A stretch of DNA of 64,000 bases from IMG/VR virus record IMGVR_UViG_3300022654_000689; one strand, written 5' to 3'. Origin of the DNA: a virus. Taxonomy: Duplodnaviria; Caudoviricetes. Position 1 is the first letter of the stretch; each line of letters starts with the position of its first letter. The notes beneath the pieces are model-generated. The model made no database searches. It had not been told where the DNA came from and saw nothing but the letters and a program-made list of their open reading frames with translations. The position numbers and the translations under genes were made by a program. Of the stretch, positions 58,151 through 64,000 are shown in pieces.

Positions 58151-58405
58151 TTAATTTTTATTCTTTAATTCAAGATAATTAAAATCTTCATTATTGATAT
58201 AATTAACTATATTATCATGCCCTCTTATTCCAAGATAATTTTCTATCTCATCTTCAAACACTCCTACATCAAACATGTATCCTTTTTTATATGCCTTCAT
58301 ATAACTATAAAGAGCGTCAGCTATCTCATAATATTCTCTTTCTTCACATATAAATTCAATTTTACCAAAAGCTAATCTTTCTTTATAATTTAATGCATTT
58401 TCCAT
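58151..58405 (-). CDS. Hypothetical protein
   Basis: GAGGGGG RBS. Confidence 0.65.
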   Translation of the reverse strand: MENALNYKERLAFGKIEFICEEREYYEIADALYSYMKAYKKGYMFDVGVFEDEIENYLGIRGHDNIVNYINNEDFNYLELKNKN

Positions 58406-58429
58406 ATAAATTACCCCCTCAAATTTAAA

Positions 58430-58573
58430 TTAATTTTCTTCTTTTTCTTTTTTATATTGTTCATATAATTCTTCTAATTTGTCATCAGCATCTGAAGCAG
58501 CTTTGCATAATGTAAGAATTATAAAAGTGTAGACTACACAAAAAGTACTACCGAATAAAAATAATTTCATCAT
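58430..58573 (-). CDS. Small membrane protein (47 aa, below ORF-track cutoff)
   Basis: GAGGGGG RBS; TM helix then CKAASDADD. Confidence 0.55.
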   Translation of the reverse strand: MMKLFLFGSTFCVVYTFIILTLCKAASDADDKLEELYEQYKKEKEEN

Positions 58574-58617
58574 ATATAAATACCCCCTCATTTAAATTTA
58601 ATTAGAATAGATAGAGA

Positions 58618-59004
58618 TTAGTCTCTATCTATTCTAAGTCGAACATCTGTTACTTCTATTCTAGTTGTATAGTCATCATAATCTCCTACAAAAATTCGTA
58701 TTCTTCCAAAAGAATCAGGTTCTACCTCTTCAATATATTCACTATACTGACGTATAACATTTCCTTGTTCATCTAGCATATTAAGGTTAATTACAATGTC
58801 TTCAAGTTCTCTAGCCGTATCATTATAAAACATACTTTCAACATATTGACCATCTAAACTTAATTGCCAATCAATCTCTGTTTTAATTTGTGTTATCATA
58901 TATTCTTTATCTCTCATATCTTGTTTGGCTTGAAGGAAACTCATTAAAAATATAAAACCGAAAAGTGTACCATATAACATTACAGAACATATAATTTTTT
59001 TCAT
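58618..59004 (-). CDS. Membrane-anchored protein with Ig-like (FxLYD-like) domain
   Basis: TM helix; INLNMLDEQGNVI. Confidence 0.6.
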   Translation of the reverse strand: MKKIICSVMLYGTLFGFIFLMSFLQAKQDMRDKEYMITQIKTEIDWQLSLDGQYVESMFYNDTARELEDIVINLNMLDEQGNVIRQYSEYIEEVEPDSFGRIRIFVGDYDDYTTRIEVTDVRLRIDRD

Positions 59005-59032
59005 AAATATACCTCCTGAAATTTTATATAAA

Positions 59033-59257
59033 TTAATTACTTTTCTTTTTATATCTCGTATTGTACTTTTCAAATAATCTTTTCTTATTCCAACACCATG
59101 CTAAAGCAAAAGGTCCAAATAATAAACCACCAACTATATAGTATTCTGGAACTATATCAATTTTGTCTCTATTAGATTTCACTGTTTTAGCATATACATA
59201 ACTTAGAACTGAGCATATTATTGGATAAATTAATTTAGATAGTGTAAATGTCATCAT
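59033..59257 (-). CDS. Small membrane protein, paralog family
   Basis: IDIVPEYYIVGGLLFG...WCWNKKR. Confidence 0.7.
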   Translation of the reverse strand: MMTFTLSKLIYPIICSVLSYVYAKTVKSNRDKIDIVPEYYIVGGLLFGPFALAWCWNKKRLFEKYNTRYKKKSN

Positions 59258-59262
59258 ATAAA

Positions 59263-59541
59263 TTACTCTCCTTTTTTAATATAATTTTCTTTTTTAATCA
59301 TACAAAATATAATAGGTGTTAAACCTAATAACTCAGTTAATGCAAAACTAGGGCTAAAACCAAAAAGTATAATTCCATATATAGGCATAAATACAAATAT
59401 AGCTGATATTAAAGCATAAAATACTGGTACTATTCTAATTCCAGGATAATCTTTCTTAATAGATTTTGAAACAACGAAAGATGCTATTACTGTAATTATA
59501 GGTATTATAAAATTTAACATCATACCAAATAATAAATCCAT
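59263..59541 (-). CDS. Small membrane protein, paralog family
   Basis: YPGIRIVPVFY. Confidence 0.65.
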   Translation of the reverse strand: MDLLFGMMLNFIIPIITVIASFVVSKSIKKDYPGIRIVPVFYALISAIFVFMPIYGIILFGFSPSFALTELLGLTPIIFCMIKKENYIKKGE

Positions 59542-59619
59542 AAATATATACCTCCTAATATTATAATTTATAAAATATAAGGGATATTGTTTATTAACAA
59601 TATCCCTTAAATAATTAAA

Positions 59620-59841
59620 TTACTTTCTTTTCTTTTTGTCAACTTTAACTTTCTTAGTTACAGTTACAAATTCATAATCCCCTTGTTTTCTTTCATGAAC
59701 TATTCCTTTTTCCATTTCTTCTTTTATCATATCTCTAACTTGTAATATCTCTGAAATTTTCATAGTTTCTAATTTTCTTTTAGTTTGAGGGTCTCTAAAT
59801 ACTCCTACTTCATGTAATTCTTTAATTAATTTAGCTTTCAT
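59620..59841 (-). CDS. Small basic hypothetical protein
   Basis: AGGAGG RBS. Confidence 0.65.
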   Translation of the reverse strand: MKAKLIKELHEVGVFRDPQTKRKLETMKISEILQVRDMIKEEMEKGIVHERKQGDYEFVTVTKKVKVDKKKRK

Positions 59842-59862
59842 AATTAATTACCTCCTAATAAA

Positions 59863-60048
59863 TTAATTGTACTTGTTAAATACACGTTTTTTATTCCAAC
59901 ACCAAATAAATGAAAATACACCGAATAGAAATCCTCCGGCTATATATAAAACAGGATTTATGTCAATTTCAGGATACTTGTTTTTAGTATCATTAGCATA
60001 ATAATAACAAAAAGCCATCCAAAATACTGTATATAAAATTTCTATCAT
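59863..60048 (-). CDS. Small membrane protein, paralog family
   Basis: YPEIDINPVLYIAGGFLFG...WCWNKKR. Confidence 0.7.
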   Translation of the reverse strand: MIEILYTVFWMAFCYYYANDTKNKYPEIDINPVLYIAGGFLFGVFSFIWCWNKKRVFNKYN

Positions 60049-60174
60049 AAAATACCTCCTAAAATTATAAATTTATGTTACATAAGTTTTAAAAATTTTA
60101 ATCTAAATAAATAACTACTGCAGCACAAATTAAAATTATGAATATTGATAATATTGAATTCATAAACAACCCTC

Positions 60175-60393
60175 CTATACTGAAGCATTTATTGAATCAA
60201 TTATGAATTCAGAACGTAGATCGTTACACTCTTTAATGTAACGATCTACTTCTTTTATATATTGTCTAATATATTCTTTTTCATTGTCGCCATATACTAT
60301 AAATATGTCATTCAGCTTCTGTTGATGTTCCTCATAAAGTCTATTCATTTTGTTTTTATATATAAGAGTTACAGTTTCTAAAATATTATTCAT
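60175..60393 (-). CDS. Hypothetical protein
   Basis: AAGGGGG RBS; TAATATATTATA upstream. Confidence 0.6.
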   Translation of the reverse strand: MNNILETVTLIYKNKMNRLYEEHQQKLNDIFIVYGDNEKEYIRQYIKEVDRYIKECNDLRSEFIIDSINASV

Positions 60394-60450
60394 AAATATA
60401 ATACCCCCTTATATTTTTCTCATATTTATAATATATTACTAAAAATTTAA

Positions 60451-60870
60451 TTAAAAATTATTTATTATAATTTCACCGTCTACAATTTTAAGATATACAT
60501 GCATTTCATCAGGAGTGCCAATTCTGAATTCAAGTTTTTTCATAATTCCTTCTTTATCTAAAACTTTTCTCCATGCGTCAGATGCATTCAATAATGAGTC
60601 TACTACATTATCCCATTCTTCTTCAGCTATATTATCAAATTTATCTTCAGTAAAATGTACGTGTATTACGAATCTATCTTCCTCTTCAACAGTACTCATT
60701 TCTACATCTCTTAAAGCAGTTCCTGTAAATGCATGCATTAGAGAACCTTCCGCTTCTTGATATAATTCTTCTAGAGTGGGTTCATGTAATAAATTGTATC
60801 CTATAACACCGCCAACAGCCATAAATATAATGCATAATAATGCTACTAATGATTTTAATCTATTTTTCAT
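60451..60870 (-). CDS. Membrane-anchored hypothetical protein
   Basis: N-terminal TM helix. Confidence 0.65.
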   Translation of the reverse strand: MKNRLKSLVALLCIIFMAVGGVIGYNLLHEPTLEELYQEAEGSLMHAFTGTALRDVEMSTVEEEDRFVIHVHFTEDKFDNIAEEEWDNVVDSLLNASDAWRKVLDKEGIMKKLEFRIGTPDEMHVYLKIVDGEIIINNF

Positions 60871-60871
60871 A

Positions 60872-62362
60872 TTATTCTTCCCCTTCTATATTATTAATTT
60901 CTTGTTCATCATCCATTTCCATTCTATTTTTAAATTTATTAAATTTGGTTGTAGAATTCATATACCATGCAGCCTGAGTCCAAACATCTTTCCAGAATAT
61001 ATCTAAATTTGGTTTTTCTAAACCTTGTTTTTTAGCGCTACGATAAGCACGTTGTCTAAGAGAAGTAAGCATTGATGTCTGTTTAAATACAAAAGGTTTA
61101 TCTTGCAGTTCTTCATATTTAAAAGCTTCAATTATTTGAATACCTTCAACTATGTATAATGATCTTGTATGCCACAATTCATTAACTATATATCTTATAA
61201 TTCTTTTAGTAGATTTATAAAATTTTTGTCGGTCCCTAGCACCAGCACCCTCATGGCCCTGATCGTGGACTTTGGAATAACCATAATCCATATCGAATTC
61301 CATTGCTCTTTTTATTAATTTTCCTAGTTTATCATCACTATCTGCAGCATTGGCATGTCTTTCTATAGCATCTAATTCTATAATTTTAGCACCATACGTT
61401 GCAGCTAACTCCCTAGCTAATGTAGACTTACCCGATCCACTAAGTCCTGTAATGAAAAGAATATTCTTCCCAGGTGTAGGTTTCCATTGATCTAGATTAC
61501 GATAATTATCATCTATATCTTTTACAAGATTTACTTCATGAAGTAATATGCACTCTTCAAGTAAATTATTTAGTTCGCTATTGTTATTATCCGTTTCAAC
61601 CCCCTCCTTATTCAATCCAAGGACATCATTTTTAACACCATAATTAATCATATCTTTATAATGGCTAATATCATCTCCTACTTTTATTCTACCGGAAGCG
61701 ACATCTTGTTTTATCCATCGTCTATAAGGATCTCTGTGATTATCCAATATTCTATTAAGAATTGGACCTCTTTTATATTTTATGTATTTCATTTTGTTGC
61801 ACTCTTTAGCTTTTAGCCACTCATCAACTGAAACTGTTCTAAAATATTTATCTAATAATTTTCTTGTTACTAATATTTTATGTTTTTTATATATTGGCAT
61901 TGGTTTACTTACTGTATACTCTTTTATCGAAGGGACAGATCCCATTTCAATATCATTTGCTTTTATTTTTATTTCATATACATAAGTTATTATTTTTTTA
62001 TCTACTATCATCTGTCTTAATTCATTGTCACTTATTCCATTTTTATTTTTAAGCATTAGTTTATCACCATGGGCTGGAACCATTGGCCACATGACCCCAA
62101 CTTCAGCAAAGCGTTGAACAGCCCAGGCAATAGACCATTTCATAGCACTTTCAAAATCATCCCAATAATAACAAGACCATCTAGGTTTACTAAATTTAGT
62201 AGCTCCTACGTTTGGACCCATTGGCATAATTTTATTATGTATATCATCAAATGTTCCATGATAAAGAGAAACTGTTTGGTTAGTCAGTTTCTCTATAGGT
62301 TTTTCAAAAAATACAAGAGATTTATCTATAAAATTATCAAAACTTTCATTATAATTTTCCAT
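60872..62362 (-). CDS. Two-domain protein: ART-like (LYHGT) domain plus P-loop kinase
   Basis: LYHGT...YYW...KEYTV; ILFITGLSGSGKST; linker LLEECILLHE. Confidence 0.65.
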   Translation of the reverse strand: MENYNESFDNFIDKSLVFFEKPIEKLTNQTVSLYHGTFDDIHNKIMPMGPNVGATKFSKPRWSCYYWDDFESAMKWSIAWAVQRFAEVGVMWPMVPAHGDKLMLKNKNGISDNELRQMIVDKKIITYVYEIKIKANDIEMGSVPSIKEYTVSKPMPIYKKHKILVTRKLLDKYFRTVSVDEWLKAKECNKMKYIKYKRGPILNRILDNHRDPYRRWIKQDVASGRIKVGDDISHYKDMINYGVKNDVLGLNKEGVETDNNNSELNNLLEECILLHEVNLVKDIDDNYRNLDQWKPTPGKNILFITGLSGSGKSTLARELAATYGAKIIELDAIERHANAADSDDKLGKLIKRAMEFDMDYGYSKVHDQGHEGAGARDRQKFYKSTKRIIRYIVNELWHTRSLYIVEGIQIIEAFKYEELQDKPFVFKQTSMLTSLRQRAYRSAKKQGLEKPNLDIFWKDVWTQAAWYMNSTTKFNKFKNRMEMDDEQEINNIEGEE

Positions 62363-62372
62363 TATATCACTC

Positions 62373-62963
62373 CTAGTTATCAGTAGGATGTTGTTTTTCA
62401 GCCATTACTTTATTATATGATTCCACTATACCTTCTATTGAGTTTTGTTCATAACCAACTTCCTCCCAACAATCTCTTCTAACAGATGGTATTGAAGCCG
62501 CTTCAATTAAATCCATGCTTTCTTCACATCTTCCGGGAAAATCTTCAGGTTGAGAAGCTCTTTGTTTTACCATTTGAACAATACGTTTTCTTGTAGGTTC
62601 GTACATAGCTAATGCTTTTTTAGCGCCTGCAACTTCTTCCGGTTCCAATATTCTAGCTACATTAACTGCTGCTTGAGCTTTAAATAATATTTCTACCATA
62701 AGCTCATATACGCCTTCAAAAGAATATTCTTCTCTTAAACAATGGGCTGCATGTTCTAATGCTCTTTTATATTCATTTGGTAAATTTTTTAATTCATTAC
62801 GAAGTTCACTTCTAGCTTTTATAGCTCCTTCTCTTTTTCTAGCTGCTTTTTTGTCTTTAAATTTTTTAAATAAACCTTCTTGGTATATGTAATCTTCTAA
62901 TAAAGACATTAATTCTCTATCTATATTCAATTTATTCATCTCCTTTAAACTTATAGCTTTCAT
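62373..62963 (-). CDS. Probable head-internal protein
   Basis: LLEDYIYQEGLFKKFK, similar to FNEGLFRRKK in 27980..30547. Confidence 0.55.
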   Translation of the reverse strand: MKAISLKEMNKLNIDRELMSLLEDYIYQEGLFKKFKDKKAARKREGAIKARSELRNELKNLPNEYKRALEHAAHCLREEYSFEGVYELMVEILFKAQAAVNVARILEPEEVAGAKKALAMYEPTRKRIVQMVKQRASQPEDFPGRCEESMDLIEAASIPSVRRDCWEEVGYEQNSIEGIVESYNKVMAEKQHPTDN

Positions 62964-63201
62964 CTAATAAATCATTATCAATACCAGCACCTAATAAATA
63001 TGTACTTATTGTGTTAACAGTTTGATTTTGGGTAATATCTTTATAAGGTTCTAAATCTTTAAGTGAGCAATAACCATATGTAGCTATTTGTGAATAAAGT
63101 CTTTGCTTAGTAGTCCCATCAGCTCTAGGTCCAAGAAATTCTTCAAGAGCATGATCCAATCCAACAGCTGTCATAACATATGTTTCTGAGTCAGATATTC
63201 T
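62932..63201 (-). CDS. Final exon of RNA polymerase beta-like C-terminal subunit
   Basis: RISDSE...LEEFLGPRAD corresponds to bacterial beta RFGEME...LQEMLTVKSD. Confidence 0.7.
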   Translation of the reverse strand, partial: RISDSETYVMTAVGLDHALEEFLGPRADGTTKQRLYSQIATYGYCSLKDLEPYKDITQNQTVNTISTYLLGAGIDNDLLDESYKFKGDE

Positions 63202-64000
63202 CATAAATGTTTTAATATGATTCGCTACATCATATCACACTATATATTTCTATATAGATCAGACTATATCTTAACTATTTCTAGTTTGCCATATTTCCAT
63301 TCGCTTGAATGTACTCTACTCCCTTATTAACGGTTTCGATAGTCGTTGAACTACTTACTATTTTTTCTATATATGATTCAAGATTTTTAAAACAATCATG
63401 GTGAATTCTAAAAAGTTTTATATTATTAACTTCACAATATTCATTTTTCATTTTGTCATGTAATTTCAATCTCTCAAATGATTCGTCTGTATAATAAGAA
63501 TCTTTTTCAAAATGCTGCTTTCCATCATACTCTATTAAATATTTTAATGAGTCGTTTTCGTTTAATATTGCAAAGTCATATCTAAGCTTATAATTGCTAT
63601 TAACGGAACTTACTAAATTATCAAAAGTATATTCTCTTTGATACTTTATACACATATCCTCTAATTTTTTGGCTATTCGTGTCTCTGCGATACTATTATC
63701 TTTGCAATAAGGACACCTTCTTCCTCTCCTAAACATATTAGGTGTCACTAAATATGTGTTATTACATATTTTATGAGTTACTTCCATTTTTTCATCGATT
63801 CCAATATAATCTCCTAATATATAATCATTTAAATCTGAAAAATGTGATATTGTTTCCATATATTCTTCTTTAGTATTACGTTTTTTATCCCCTCGTATAT
63901 CATTAGCACATTTAGGGCATCTTTTACCATTTTTGAAATTATTATAAGTTACAGGATATTCAGTTCCACACTTATTGTGTTTTATATTAATATGTGTATC
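63202..64000 (-). mobile_element. Group I intron (5' part outside window) with endonuclease
   Basis: TTCAACGACTATCGAAACCGTTAATAAGGGAGTAGAGTAC...GATATAGTCT; terminal G63202. Confidence 0.85.
63281..64000 (-). CDS. Intron-encoded endonuclease (zinc ribbons plus Vsr/DUF559-like domain), 5'-truncated
   Basis: HxxC...RCPxC repeats; LRYDF...IEYDGKQHF...HD..KN. Confidence 0.8.
   Translation of the reverse strand, partial: DTHINIKHNKCGTEYPVTYNNFKNGKRCPKCANDIRGDKKRNTKEEYMETISHFSDLNDYILGDYIGIDEKMEVTHKICNNTYLVTPNMFRRGRRCPYCKDNSIAETRIAKKLEDMCIKYQREYTFDNLVSSVNSNYKLRYDFAILNENDSLKYLIEYDGKQHFEKDSYYTDESFERLKLHDKMKNEYCEVNNIKLFRIHHDCFKNLESYIEKIVSSSTTIETVNKGVEYIQANGNMAN

Noticed and set aside
55640-60065. Repeated AAATTT-GGAGGT-ATAT leaders as recombination cassette sites
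   Set aside because: Adequately explained as Shine-Dalgarno plus AT-rich translational enhancers; identity too short to claim more.

Overview
64 kb of a very AT-rich jumbo phage of the AR9/PBS1-like (phiKZ-related) type. The host is probably an anaerobic Firmicute: strong GGAGG ribosome-binding sites, class III ribonucleotide reductase nrdD/nrdG and a 3D-domain protein point that way. The window holds one subunit of a split family-B DNA polymerase, three subunits of a multisubunit phage RNA polymerase (beta'-N, beta'-C, 3' end of beta-C), portal, terminase large subunit, prohead protease, major capsid, tail sheath and tube, a tail-appendage module and clusters of small accessory genes. Nine group I introns can be read directly from the sequence, eight complete and one cut by the window edge. 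Removing each complete intron restores a conserved motif: polB GAFVGDP, RNAP GDYDGD, TerL Walker B, protease YDWV, NrdD x2, a CotH-like kinase and a metallophosphoesterase. Four introns are ORF-less minis of 186-229 nt and five carry endonucleases. One intron occurs as near-identical twins in two unrelated genes at the same TTACGAT|TG target. Other notable signals: (1) an AR9-type late promoter AACA-N6-TA/TG at about 18 gene starts, including four intron endonucleases, which hints at deoxyuridine DNA; (2) about ten small accessory proteins sharing one C-terminal octapeptide motif; (3) modular polyproteins whose ART-like, kinase, phosphoesterase and cationic Gly-zipper modules are separated by probable prohead-protease sites. 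All splice junctions were deduced by eye from P1 pairing, terminal G and reading-frame restoration; no database searches were run.
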